In this document: piece by piece, positions 10,210 to 19,113 of the stretch
How positions within the stretch are numbered: the stretch's first letter is position 1
Layout: the number at the start of each line of letters is the position of its first letter
Virus record (IMG/VR): IMGVR_UViG_3300044698_000419
Coordinates: 38,153-102,152 of that record
Length of the DNA: 64,000 bases
Reading direction: 5' to 3' (one strand)
Origin: a virus
The notes under the pieces: generated by a model
Databases searched by the model: none
Told to the model about the DNA's origin: nothing
Seen by the model: only the letters and a program-made list of their open reading frames with translations
Position numbers and translations under genes: made by a program

Positions 10210-10272
10210 CCTCTTCCTCTCCTCTTCCTCTCCTCTTCCTCTCCTCTTCCGAATGTCTTCCGAATGTCTTCC
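10210..10272. repeat. Tandem 11-mers: CCTCTTCCTCT x3.7 then GAATGTCTTCC x2
   Basis: Read directly; on the minus strand it reiterates the SD-like AGAGGAAGAGG. Confidence 0.85.
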
Positions 10273-10296
10273 AGGTGCTTCCAGACGGCTTCCAGG

Positions 10297-10665
10297 TCAG
10301 GAAGCGGTGGGCGCCGTACGGGACTTGATCTCATATTCGAGCTGGCCGTTCTCGACGAACTCCAGCGAGTCCTTCAGGTGCTTGACCGACTCTTCGCTCA
10401 CGGAGGACGCCACCGGGTGCGGCAGGCCCTCCCGGAACAGGAAGTAGATCTCGAAGGCGCGGTTGTAGCCAGGGGTCTCCCAGACTTCGAGCTGCCGACG
10501 GTGGTTCCCCACGTGACGGAAGCCGGTCGCCTCCAGGACGTCCTTGCAGTACCGGACCAGTTCGTCGTTGCCTCCGAGGACGTTCAGGACCAGCTCTTCG
10601 CTGGCCTCGTCCTCGTTGTAGTTGACCTGATCGAGCGTGAAGCTGATCGTTGTCCCTCGGTCCAT
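10297..10665 (-). CDS. Hypothetical protein
   Basis: RBS GAGGAG, ATG 10665. Confidence 0.65.
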   Translation of the reverse strand: MDRGTTISFTLDQVNYNEDEASEELVLNVLGGNDELVRYCKDVLEATGFRHVGNHRRQLEVWETPGYNRAFEIYFLFREGLPHPVASSVSEESVKHLKDSLEFVENGQLEYEIKSRTAPTAS

Positions 10666-10675
10666 CGTCTTCTCC

Positions 10676-10876
10676 TCAGTCGTCGATCGCGGGAAAGCCG
10701 GTCTTCCTGGCGGCAACCCTGCGCCGCCAGACCCTCGCCGCCAGCCTCAGCCTCAGCTCCTTGCGTGCAAGGCCCAAGAACTGGACGGCGAAGGCGTCGG
10801 GAGCCGGAACTTCGTTCGCAACGGCCCAGTCGTAAACCTCGTCCACGGTGGGCTGATCCTTCTCAGCCACATCCAT
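10676..10876 (-). CDS. Hypothetical protein immediately downstream of hammerhead 1
   Basis: GAAGGAG upstream; start may be ATG 10876 or the next GTG. Confidence 0.6.
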   Translation of the reverse strand: MDVAEKDQPTVDEVYDWAVANEVPAPDAFAVQFLGLARKELRLRLAARVWRRRVAARKTGFPAIDD

Positions 10877-10890
10877 CTCCTTCCGAATCA

Positions 10891-10960
10891 CTGACGGCCA
10901 TCGTCAGGCAGCACCTCATGCTGCGACCCCACTGGCTGTGGGGTTTCGGCCTCGGGTCAG
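10891..10960 (-). ncRNA. Type II hammerhead ribozyme 1
   Basis: Minus strand CUGAC-CCGA-GGCC-GAAA-CCCCA/cagccag/UGGGG-UC^GCAGCA/ugagg/UGCUGC-CUGACGA-U-GGCC-GUCAG; full catalytic core; cut predicted between 10925 and 10924. Confidence 0.93.
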
Positions 10961-10961
10961 G

Positions 10962-11177
10962 TCAGCCGCCGAGCTTCTTCAGGCCCTCCGCGATGGCGGC
11001 CAGGTAGTTCACCTGGGCGATCTGCGCCAGGGTGCCGAGGTCCAGTTCGGAGACCTCGTAGCCCTCCTCCTGGGCAGCCTTGAACTGCTCCCCGATGACC
11101 CCGTTCAGGGCGTCGGCGGTCTGCCGGGCGATCTCCAGGTAGTTCGTCGGGTCCGTGATGACGGGAATACCGGCCAT
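10962..11177 (-). CDS. 71-aa hypothetical protein flanked by hammerheads 2 and 1
   Basis: RBS AGAGGA, ATG 11177, coding-like; only ORF between the two ribozymes. Confidence 0.8.
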   Translation of the reverse strand: MAGIPVITDPTNYLEIARQTADALNGVIGEQFKAAQEEGYEVSELDLGTLAQIAQVNYLAAIAEGLKKLGG

Positions 11178-11204
11178 GGCTTTTCCTCTTTCCGATTCTT
11201 CTCA

Positions 11205-11274
11205 CTGACGGCCATCGTCAGGTGCGGCACCACCGCACGACGTCGCTGGCTGCGACGTTTCGGCCTCGGGTCAG
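11205..11274 (-). ncRNA. Type II hammerhead ribozyme 2
   Basis: CUGAC-CCGA-GGCC-GAAA-CGUCGC/agcca/GCGACG-UC^GUGCGG/uggug/CCGCAC-CUGACGA-U-GGCC-GUCAG; stems I and III covary with copy 1; cut between 11239 and 11238. Confidence 0.93.
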
Positions 11275-11561
11275 TTCTTCTCGTCGGCGGGCCCGTCCTC
11301 GGCGTAGTCCGGGTCCATCCAGTTCGCCGCCTGGATGGCGCCACAGGCACCGCACTCACCGCCGTCGGCGGAGTGCTCGTGGTACTTCCCGAACTCGCGC
11401 CGGATGCGCTCCGCCCACAGGCGACGCACGGCCAGCTCGTCCTCGTGGTGGCGCAGGAGCTTGTCCAGGATCGGACCACCACCCTCGGCCTCGGTGAGAC
11501 CTTGCACCACCAGCTCGGCGAGTCGCGCCGTCTCCCCCTTCTTCGGCTTCTCTCTGATCAC
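11271..11561 (-). CDS. Hypothetical protein (H...CxxC); its stop codon lies in hammerhead 2 stem II
   Basis: GTG 11561 overlaps the upstream TGA. Confidence 0.6.
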   Translation of the reverse strand: MIREKPKKGETARLAELVVQGLTEAEGGGPILDKLLRHHEDELAVRRLWAERIRREFGKYHEHSADGGECGACGAIQAANWMDPDYAEDGPADEKN

Positions 11562-11845
11562 GATCCCTCTCCTTCCTCCGGCGGCAGGCTCGGGAGCCTC
11601 GGGGACAGGCGCGTGCCCAGTCCCCATCCCTGAATCCTGCGGTTCTGCTGCATGTCCTCGGCGATCATGCTGACAAGCTCACTCCGGAAGTACTCGCTCC
11701 AGAAGCGGGTGAAGTCCTCCGGGTCCTGATCGAAGTTCTCGATCATCTTCTCGGTGCTGGCGTACGCCAGCGGGATACCGAACAGCTCCAGGATGATGAC
11801 CTCGTGTCCGTTCTCCTGCACCTTGCCGATGCGGATCACGTCCAT
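11558..11845 (-). CDS. Hypothetical protein, paralog of 11845..12147
   Basis: GHEVIILELFGIPLAYA vs GNEVYVLEILGIPVLYA. Confidence 0.7.
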   Translation of the reverse strand: MDVIRIGKVQENGHEVIILELFGIPLAYASTEKMIENFDQDPEDFTRFWSEYFRSELVSMIAEDMQQNRRIQGWGLGTRLSPRLPSLPPEEGEGS

Positions 11846-12147
11846 CACTCGCTCCCGAAGGGACCGAGGCGGTACACCTCGCGGCCGGTCGGAGACTCGG
11901 TACGCCACTTCACGTAGTCGTGGTCGTAGCCCTCGGTCAGCGACTTGGCCAGCAGACTCCCGAGCCGGGCCGAGAAGGTCTCCTCCCAGTCCTCGGTGTC
12001 CTGGTGGCCGGACTCGAACTCGTGGGCGTCGGCGTACAGGACCGGGATGCCCAGGATCTCCAGGACGTAGACCTCGTTGCCCTTCTGGTCCGTAGCCAGG
12101 CCGACCCGGAAGAGTCCGCGCACTTCGTTCACGTCGATCTGTGCCAT
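11845..12147 (-). CDS. Hypothetical protein, paralog of 11558..11845
   Basis: Shared motif with the adjacent gene. Confidence 0.7.
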   Translation of the reverse strand: MAQIDVNEVRGLFRVGLATDQKGNEVYVLEILGIPVLYADAHEFESGHQDTEDWEETFSARLGSLLAKSLTEGYDHDYVKWRTESPTGREVYRLGPFGSE

Positions 12148-12718
12148 GTCATCGCCATCCCGTGGGGTAGTGGGACCCGGCCGTCAGGCTCTCGTCCAGC
12201 TTCTCGAAGTCATCGAGCAGGGCCTGCGTCTCCTGCTCGATGTTCGTTCCGTACTGCGGGTTCTCCCAGCCGTCCCGGATTTTCTTCGCCCGGTCCCTGA
12301 TGTCCACCAGCAGGTCGTTCAGCGCCACCTCGTCGAGGATCGCCGGTTCCTTCGCCATGCCCTCCCCCTTCAGGAGTTGTATCGGGGCGCCGTGCGCTCC
12401 AGGTAGACGCGCCAGGAACCGGGGCTCTCGCCTTCACCCTCGTTCAGGTAGGTCTGCCGACGGGCGAAGAACGCAGCCCGGATCTCGTGCGTTTCACCCA
12501 GGTACGGCTTCACGTCCGAAGGGGCGCCCCACGTGGTCACCCCGCCCAGGCAGTCGCAGATCAGGCCGCTGCCCTGGCGGGAAAGGCAATTCGAGCCGTG
12601 TTCGTCCGGGGAGATTTCCCGGAAGCCCATCTCCTTGAGGATCTGGAGCTTGGTCTCGGGGCTCAGCCCTGCGTAGTCGATGTTCACTCCGTGCTGCATG
12701 TCCTTCTCCGTTTCCGAT

Positions 12719-13195
12719 TCAGTTCACATCGAGCAGGCCCTGACCGGCCGCGTCTCCCAGGGTCATCACCTGGCCGCCGTAGTCGACGGTGACGGGACCG
12801 TGGTCCTTCATGTCCAGGTAGCTCCCGGCCGGAACCGTGAGGCGCACACCGGGCTCCCGGTCGACGCCCATCGACGTGGTCCCGGCGCACTGGATGGTCG
12901 TTCCCGTGCTGGCCGAGGAAACCTGGGAGAACGAGGCTCCCGGCATGATCATCGACATGGTGCGCCGGACCGTGGACGGGTCCTCGTTGACGGCGCGGAC
13001 CTTCACGCCGGTCCCGTGCCTGCCGCCGGGGCCGAGCTGGACCGTGTTGGCGCCGAGGGGCACCATCTCGGCACTCACCCGGGCGCCATGGTGGTCGACG
13101 ACCTGGATGTACACCGGAAGACCGGTCACCTCGACCTCGACTGACGTGGTGCCGGTGAGCGGGTGGACGTAGGTGAGCAGGGTCTTCTTCTTCAT
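12719..13195 (-). CDS. Hypothetical beta-rich protein, paralog of 13192..13710
   Basis: LPVYI and PGVRLTVP...DMKD shared with neighbour. Confidence 0.65.
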   Translation of the reverse strand: MKKKTLLTYVHPLTGTTSVEVEVTGLPVYIQVVDHHGARVSAEMVPLGANTVQLGPGGRHGTGVKVRAVNEDPSTVRRTMSMIMPGASFSQVSSASTGTTIQCAGTTSMGVDREPGVRLTVPAGSYLDMKDHGPVTVDYGGQVMTLGDAAGQGLLDVN

Positions 13196-13710
13196 CGCGC
13201 GATCCCCAGGATTCCCTCGGCGGCGGCGGCTTCGATGGTCATGTCCCGCCCCTCATGGAGAACGGAAACCGCTCCGACGTCCTTCAGCTCGAAGGTGCAG
13301 TACAACGGAACCGTGAGGTGCACGCCGGGACCTGACGGCAGATCCGCCTTGCCGTCCACGAAGACCCTCGCGCCGTCCCCGGTGGCGCAGTGGGTGATGC
13401 TCCCGCCCGAGACGACAGAGCCCCTTCCGGTGGACCTGATGGAGCTGCCGCCGCCGGAGATCGAAGACCCCTGCCGCAGGCCGAGGGTGTCCTTCAGGCT
13501 GTCGAGGAAGGAGGGCCTTCCGACCTTGACCTCCATGGCGACACCACGGATCCCCGTGGGTCCTACGTGGGCGGCGAGGCCACGGTCGGCCAGAATGTCG
13601 GCCTCCCGGTATTCGGCTTCGGGGGTGGCGGTGATGTAGACCGGAAGATCCGGCGAGGTGATGACCACCCGGCCAGCCCCGGCCAGGTGGTGCCTGTGCA
13701 TCAGACGCAT
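13192..13710 (-). CDS. Hypothetical beta-rich protein, paralog of 12719..13195
   Basis: LPVYI and PGVHLTVP...ELKD. Confidence 0.65.
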   Translation of the reverse strand: MRLMHRHHLAGAGRVVITSPDLPVYITATPEAEYREADILADRGLAAHVGPTGIRGVAMEVKVGRPSFLDSLKDTLGLRQGSSISGGGSSIRSTGRGSVVSGGSITHCATGDGARVFVDGKADLPSGPGVHLTVPLYCTFELKDVGAVSVLHEGRDMTIEAAAAEGILGIAR

Positions 13711-14095
13711 CGTGCTCTTCTCCGTTTCCGAGTTCAGTCGTTGGTTCCCAGTGCCTGTCGGCACCCGTCCGTGAAGTGCTTCTGCGCGGCGCGGGTCTTC
13801 TCGCGTGAGCCACCCATGGACTCTTCGATCGCGGCGTTGCGCAGTGCGCGCATCCTGTCGAGGAGTTCGCCGTTGCAGAAGAGCGTCGCCACGTCCATCG
13901 CCCGGTCCAGCTCGACCGCCGAGTCCACCAGTCCCTCCCCCTTGGAGGGAGGGCGACAAGCCTCGGAGACCTTCATGAGGACGTCGAGGAAGGCTTCCTT
14001 CGCCGTGTGGCTGTAGTGCGGTTCGTCCCACCCGGCCAAGCGGGGAACCTGCGGAACGGGCTCCAGCTCCTCTTCCTTCCTCCGGCCGAACAGTC

Positions 14096-14599
14096 TCATT
14101 TGCCGGAGTCCTTGTCGCCGAGGAACGTGAGAATCAGGGGGGAGCGGATGAAGCAGGTGTGAAGCTGGTGCAGCAGCAGAACCCCGGACGGGGAAAGATC
14201 CTCCCACCGGGCCTGCCAGTACTCACCGGTCTCCCTGGACTTCAGAGTGCGGTCGGTGGAGCCGAGGTGCACAGCGGCCACCATCTCCTGCGAGAGCGCG
14301 GCGAGGGGCAACTGAGCCCTCACGAGAGCGGCCTTACCGTGCTCACCCTTCTCGTCGAAGAGTTCACCGGCCTGTTCGAACAGCTTTTCGTCGCCCTCCA
14401 GGCTCTCCTTGGTGGACCAGAACTGCGAACCCGGCATGATCGGGCCGTCGCCGGGCCGGAGCACGGTGATCGCGGCGCCGACGGCACACTCGTCCGTCTC
14501 GTCCTGGCGGGGGAGCATGGTCAGGACGTACATGCCCGGCCCGTCCACCTCTTCCCAGGATTCCCCAGCCTTGGGGAATTTCACCAACTGGTTTGCCAT
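14096..14599 (-). CDS. Hypothetical protein
   Basis: RBS AAGGAGAGG; operator palindrome and hairpin upstream. Confidence 0.7.
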   Translation of the reverse strand: MANQLVKFPKAGESWEEVDGPGMYVLTMLPRQDETDECAVGAAITVLRPGDGPIMPGSQFWSTKESLEGDEKLFEQAGELFDEKGEHGKAALVRAQLPLAALSQEMVAAVHLGSTDRTLKSRETGEYWQARWEDLSPSGVLLLHQLHTCFIRSPLILTFLGDKDSGK

Positions 14600-14635
14600 T
14601 ACCTCTCCTTCCGTCGCGGGAATCGTATCACTGAT

Positions 14636-14647
14636 CGGCCTAGGTCA
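14636..14647. promoter_or_regulatory. Operator palindrome YGRCCTAGGYCR
   Basis: CGGCCTAGGTCA, intergenic, upstream of a minus-strand TACGAT. Confidence 0.7.
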
Positions 14648-14659
14648 CGCGGAAACGCA

Positions 14660-14694
14660 ACGAGGGGCGGCCCCGGAATGGGACCGCCCCTCGT
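14660..14694 (-). terminator. Terminator-like hairpin
   Basis: acgaggggcgg...ccgcccctcgt. Confidence 0.65.
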
Positions 14695-15603
14695 GATGAC
14701 GTCAGACCCGGAGCATCCCGCCGACGACCTCGTACTCGTGCCACAAGTACGGCTCGCCGCTGTCGTCGTCGTCCTCGTGCAGCAGCGCGGTCAGCACCGT
14801 CCAGAGAGTTCCCTGACCGTCGTCCAGCCAATCCCCACGGTGCAGGAACGGGCGGTGCGGCGAGTGGTGGTCCTCCTTCGGGATGACGTCGATCGAAGCG
14901 AAGGTGTCCTTCTCGATGACGTCAGTCCGCAGGATCGAGGACTTCACCACGTCCTGAGCGGCGTCCCCGAGGTCCGCGTACTTGCGGGGAACGACGGTGA
15001 CCTTGTCCAGCATGTTCAGGCCCCCTTCATCCACAGGTAGTCCTTGCGGAACAGCCAGATGCCGTTCGCGTTGTTGACCACGATGTGTTCGGTCTTCTGC
15101 TTCTCCAGGAAGTTGCGGACCAGGGCCTTCTTGATCTCCTCCATCAGGCCGGAGGAGAAACCCTGCTCGTCGGTGGCGTCCCAGTACTCCTCGAACTCGA
15201 CCGAGACCAGCTCGCCTTCGTCGTCCCAGCGCTGGACCTTCGCGAGCATGGCGGTGATCACCATTCGTTCGTTCAGCTCGGTGACGTCGAGGTTGTTCCG
15301 GAGGGCGAGGGCCCACAGCGCCTCGGCCGCCGCGCGGATGTCGTACTGGCTGGCGCTTCGCAGAAGCGGGTAGCGGGAGTAGTCGGAGTCGGCCGCCTTG
15401 GCGGCGAAGTCGTCGGCGAACTGGCTGCGTCCATATGCCTGCATGTCTTCTCCTGATCCGTGGTTCAAGACGAAGGGGCGCCCGGCGTGGGCGCCCCTCG
15501 ATGGGACTCAGCGTCCCTGCTCCTCGGCCTTGCGCGCGTCTTCCAGCGCCTTGCCGGGCTCCCGCTTGGGCAGCTTGTCAGCCATGCCGCTTCCTCCTCT
15601 CCG

Positions 15604-15620
15604 TGACCTAGGCCAGTCTA
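15604..15620 (-). promoter_or_regulatory. -10 TAGACT abutting the operator palindrome
   Basis: Minus strand TAGACTGGCCTAGGTCA, same arrangement as at 70-86. Confidence 0.7.
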
Positions 15621-15637
15621 GCGTGCTCCGGACGTGA

Positions 15638-16006
15638 TCAGAAGTGCGGGTCGAAGTACTTGTCCCGGCTGCCCAGGATCAGACCCGACCCCTTCCCGCC
15701 CTGGCCCTTCGGGACCCACCTGCCCTTCAGGTTCACGGTGTACGTGGCGATGGCGCCCTCGGTGTCCCTCCCGTACTCGTACTTCGCCGAGCCGTCCCCC
15801 GCGCTCCCCGACACCACCTTCCAGGTGTCGTGCTGGACGTCGATCTCCCGGGGCTGACCCTTGCGGGCGCCGGACTTGAACTCCCGCACGGCCACGACGG
15901 TGACCGGGTCCCGGTCGGACCAGTGGGTAACCGTCGCCCCCATCCCGACCTCCGGGACCTTCTTCGTGGGGCCTTCGCTCAGACGGTTGACCAGCGATCC
16001 CTGCAT
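15638..16006 (-). CDS. Conserved phage hypothetical protein
   Basis: PEVGMGAT...WSDR...G.RDKYFDPHF pattern recalled from other phages. Confidence 0.7.
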   Translation of the reverse strand: MQGSLVNRLSEGPTKKVPEVGMGATVTHWSDRDPVTVVAVREFKSGARKGQPREIDVQHDTWKVVSGSAGDGSAKYEYGRDTEGAIATYTVNLKGRWVPKGQGGKGSGLILGSRDKYFDPHF

Positions 16007-16800
16007 CAGATCTCCCTTTCCGGAGGAAGCTGGTTCCCGAGGTTCGGGTCACAGCGGTAGAACAGAACCGAAAACTTGGCCAGGTTGGGCTCAAGGCTCG
16101 GCTTCAGCGGGGCGTCCAGGCGGAGTTCCGCCGAAGCGGCCAGCAGGGTCTTCGCGAACCTGCCCTTCTCGTTCAGATCGTCCGAGTCGTAGAAGATCCC
16201 GCTGGCCGACGACACCCGCTCGTGACCGCCCGTCGGGTTCACCAACTGGATGGTCAGCAGGTAGAAGTACGAGATCGCGCGGCCGTTCACAGCGTCTCTT
16301 CGATCATCCGCAGCGCTTCGGCCTTGCCGATCTGGCCCGCCAGAACGAGCAGTGCCTGCGCCCCCTGTTCGCTCGTCAGGGCGACGATCGTGGACTCCGG
16401 GTTCCGGCTGTCGACGGGGACCAGGATGTCGCACCCGTCCACCGCGCCCAGGCCCTCCAGGAGGATCGGCCGGTCGCCGTAGATGCTGTCCTCCAGGTCG
16501 GCGTCGGCGTTCCCGATCCTCGCCTCGTGGTCGATCTCGCTGTAGTGCATTTCTTCTCCCTCTCCGTGAGATTCCACGGCGAAGGCGCGGCCCGCAGGCC
16601 ACGCCCCACCGAAGCGCCTCAGTCCTGTCGTTCTTCCGGCTTCCGGATCTCGACCTCGGCCGGTCCCCGCCACTGCGGAGGGTTCTCCGTCAGGAAGTCC
16701 GCGACCCGGCGCTGGACGATCTCCGCCAGGTGCCGGTCGCTCCGACTGTGGAAGCCGTCCGACTTCGGGAGCCGGATCACGATCTCGAACTCGTTGCCGC

Positions 16801-17403
16801 TCATCGCTCACCCTTCCCGTTGTCCAGGATCATGGCGTTCGGGTCCCAGCCGCCGTCGCCCCGCTCGATGTAGCAGGAGACCGACGTGGCCGACTGGCCC
16901 CGGGTGGCGACCCATGCCGGAGCGAGAACGGCCCCGAAGTAGAAGCCCTTCTTCGCGTTGTTGCGGTCCCGGACCTTCTCGCTCTGTGCCTGCGACTCGT
17001 TGAAAGTGGCTCCGGTGCGGTTCCCTTCGTCGTCCAGGAGGGACCAGAAGGCCCCGTACTGGCCGTACACCTCCTTCGCCGGAACTAGGTTGCCCTCCAG
17101 GTCGAAGAGGGCGGAGAAGGACCACATGCCGCCGTTCTCGGCGACGTCGGCGCGCAGCCGGTACTTCTCGGCGGTGATCCCGCTCGCCCACTGGGAGAGG
17201 AACCCGTCGGTGTCGCACCGGTCGAAGGAGTCGGCCGCGTCCCGGTCCTTGCCTTTCGCCATCTCCCGGAGTTCAGCCGCCTTCTTGCGTGCGGCCTCCA
17301 CGTCGTACTCGAAGCCGACCTGGGCGGCGAACGGAAGGTTCAGGCCCGTCTCCTCGGCCATCTCCTTCGCCAACACCGTCTCCTCCTCGCGCGTCATTGC
17401 CAT
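16801..17403 (-). CDS. Conserved phage hypothetical protein
   Basis: SFDRCDTDGFLSQWASG motif; strong RBS. Confidence 0.7.
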   Translation of the reverse strand: MAMTREEETVLAKEMAEETGLNLPFAAQVGFEYDVEAARKKAAELREMAKGKDRDAADSFDRCDTDGFLSQWASGITAEKYRLRADVAENGGMWSFSALFDLEGNLVPAKEVYGQYGAFWSLLDDEGNRTGATFNESQAQSEKVRDRNNAKKGFYFGAVLAPAWVATRGQSATSVSCYIERGDGGWDPNAMILDNGKGER

Positions 17404-17617
17404 GCCGTGTCCCCTTTCCGTTACGAGATGGTGAAAGACCCAAGCCGGACGGACTTCGCTCCCTTGTCGGCGAGCGTGTCCACCAGGAGTTTCGGGTCTT
17501 CGGTGAAGTTCTTCCGGTCGATCTCGACACGTTCTCCCGGGCTGCTGGCGCCCGGGTACAGCTCGGGATCGACCTCGTACTCGAAGACGACCGTGACCCG
17601 GATGAACTCTCCGGCCA

Positions 17618-18073
17618 TCAGCCCTCCCTGACGTTCAGCCCGTACACGTGGACATCCGCAGCACTGTCGCCCAGCCAGTGCTGCACCAGGTGAGCGACCT
17701 CCCGCTTCGGAAGGCCGCCGAGCCCGCAGCCGAGCGGGGGGAGGGCGACCGAGGCGAGGCCCGTCTCGTCCAGGTACCGGCGCAGCCCGGCCAGCCCGGC
17801 GGACACGTCGTAGATGTGGGACGAATCCTTCCAGTGCCGCTTGGTGGCCACGTTCAGGATCCTCTTCCCGCCCGGCAGGAGGATGTCGTGAACCACGCCG
17901 GGCCGCATCTTCCCCGCCTCACAGAAGGCCGTGTACTCCCGCATCTGCACGGGCCAGCGGTTGCGGAACTGAAGCGCCAGCCCGGCCCCGGCCACGCCGA
18001 CGCAGTTCACGGCGTTGACCAGACCCAGGGCTGGGGACTCGAAGAGATCCCCCTCCGCCTTAATCAGGGTCAC
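17618..18073 (-). CDS. Macrodomain protein, DarG/TARG1-like ADP-ribosylglycohydrolase
   Basis: GDLF, VNAVNCVGVAGAGLALQF, NVATKRHWK, SVALPPLGCGLGGL. Confidence 0.88.
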   Translation of the reverse strand: MTLIKAEGDLFESPALGLVNAVNCVGVAGAGLALQFRNRWPVQMREYTAFCEAGKMRPGVVHDILLPGGKRILNVATKRHWKDSSHIYDVSAGLAGLRRYLDETGLASVALPPLGCGLGGLPKREVAHLVQHWLGDSAADVHVYGLNVREG

Positions 18074-18406
18074 GACGCGTCCGCCTTCCAGATGTCGATG
18101 CTCTCCTCGGTCATCATGTCGATCCAGTCGGAGAGGTGGATCAGCCAGTGGCCGCCGATCGTGAGACCGGGGATCTGGTCGTGCAGCGTCAACCCCTTCT
18201 CCCGGGGTGCGTGGATGACCGAACCGGCACGGTAGGAGACCAGCGGGCGCAGCCCGTGCGGGGTGTGCTCCTGGACTTCGAGCAGGCTGTCGTAGCCGAA
18301 CCGTCCGGACTTCTCCTCCAGGTGCATGGTCAGCCGCAGCAGCGTACCGTCCTGGGCGGGGAGGTCCATGGCGACGGACTCGGGGCTCTTCTTCATGTCC
18401 CGCACC

Positions 18407-18703
18407 TCAGTTGTAGGGAACGATCAGGATGTAGAGCGCGCCCGGCAGGCGGCCTGTGACGACCAGATTGTTCAGCATGACCATCACGCCGGGCTGGTTC
18501 TCTCCACTGTCCCGCCAGAGCTGGATGGCCATGATCTCGGGGACTGACGGATAGCAGTACCGCAGGTCGAAGACGTGTCGGGATCCGTCCTCCGGGTTTC
18601 CCAGCGCCGCCATCACGTCGTACTCGCGGCCGAACTGGTCCGAGATTTCCCGCTGCGCCTCGCGGAGCAGCACGGTCTCAGCCTCGATCTTCTCGGTTTC
18701 CAT
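18407..18703 (-). CDS. Hypothetical protein
   Basis: RBS GAGGAG, downstream of promoter/operator. Confidence 0.65.
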   Translation of the reverse strand: METEKIEAETVLLREAQREISDQFGREYDVMAALGNPEDGSRHVFDLRYCYPSVPEIMAIQLWRDSGENQPGVMVMLNNLVVTGRLPGALYILIVPYN

Positions 18704-18720
18704 CTTCTCCTCATTCCGAA

Positions 18721-18762
18721 TGGCCTAGGTCACAAGATACGCAGAAGGGGCCCCGGTCGCAA
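18721..18762 (-). promoter_or_regulatory. Promoter (-35 TTGCGA, 17 bp, -10 TATCTT) with operator over the predicted start site
   Basis: Operator TGGCCTAGGTCA 18721-18732; -35 sits in the loop of hairpin 18743-18776. Confidence 0.7.
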
Positions 18763-18789
18763 CCAGAGCCCCTTCCCGTGCCGTTGGCG

Positions 18790-19017
18790 TCAGACGGCGA
18801 CCATACGCACGCAGGCGAGCGCCAGGAGGATCGCGTTCTCCTCACCGGCACGCAGGGCGCGCTCGACCTCGACGTAGAACTCCCGGTCGGCAGTGTCGGC
18901 GTCGGCCTCGATCTTGTCGGAGAGCATCCCCGACACCCACTCCAGGGTGTCGGTCGGCAGGCCGGGGAAACCCCGGGCGATCTGCGAACGGATCTCTTCG
19001 CGGCTGGGCAGCTTCAC
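18790..19017 (-). CDS. Hypothetical protein downstream of hammerhead 3
   Basis: AAGGAGAAGAAC-GTG. Confidence 0.65.
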   Translation of the reverse strand: MKLPSREEIRSQIARGFPGLPTDTLEWVSGMLSDKIEADADTADREFYVEVERALRAGEENAILLALACVRMVAV

Positions 19018-19040
19018 GTTCTTCTCCTTCTCGTTCTTCA

Positions 19041-19113
19041 CTGACGGCCATCGTCAGGCGGGGCTTCCGTTCGCCCCGCGACCCCCTCTCAGGGGTTTCG
19101 GCCTCGGAGTCAG
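19041..19113 (-). ncRNA. Type II hammerhead ribozyme 3
   Basis: CUGAC-UCCGA-GGCC-GAAA-CCCCU/gaga/GGGGG-UC^GCGGGGC/gaacggaa/GCCCCGC-CUGACGA-U-GGCC-GUCAG; cut between 19080 and 19079. Confidence 0.93.

Noticed and set aside
10891-11274. CRISPR-like repeat-spacer reading of the repeated CTGACGGCCATCGTCAGG
   Set aside because: No regular array or cas genes; fully explained by the hammerhead fold on the minus strand
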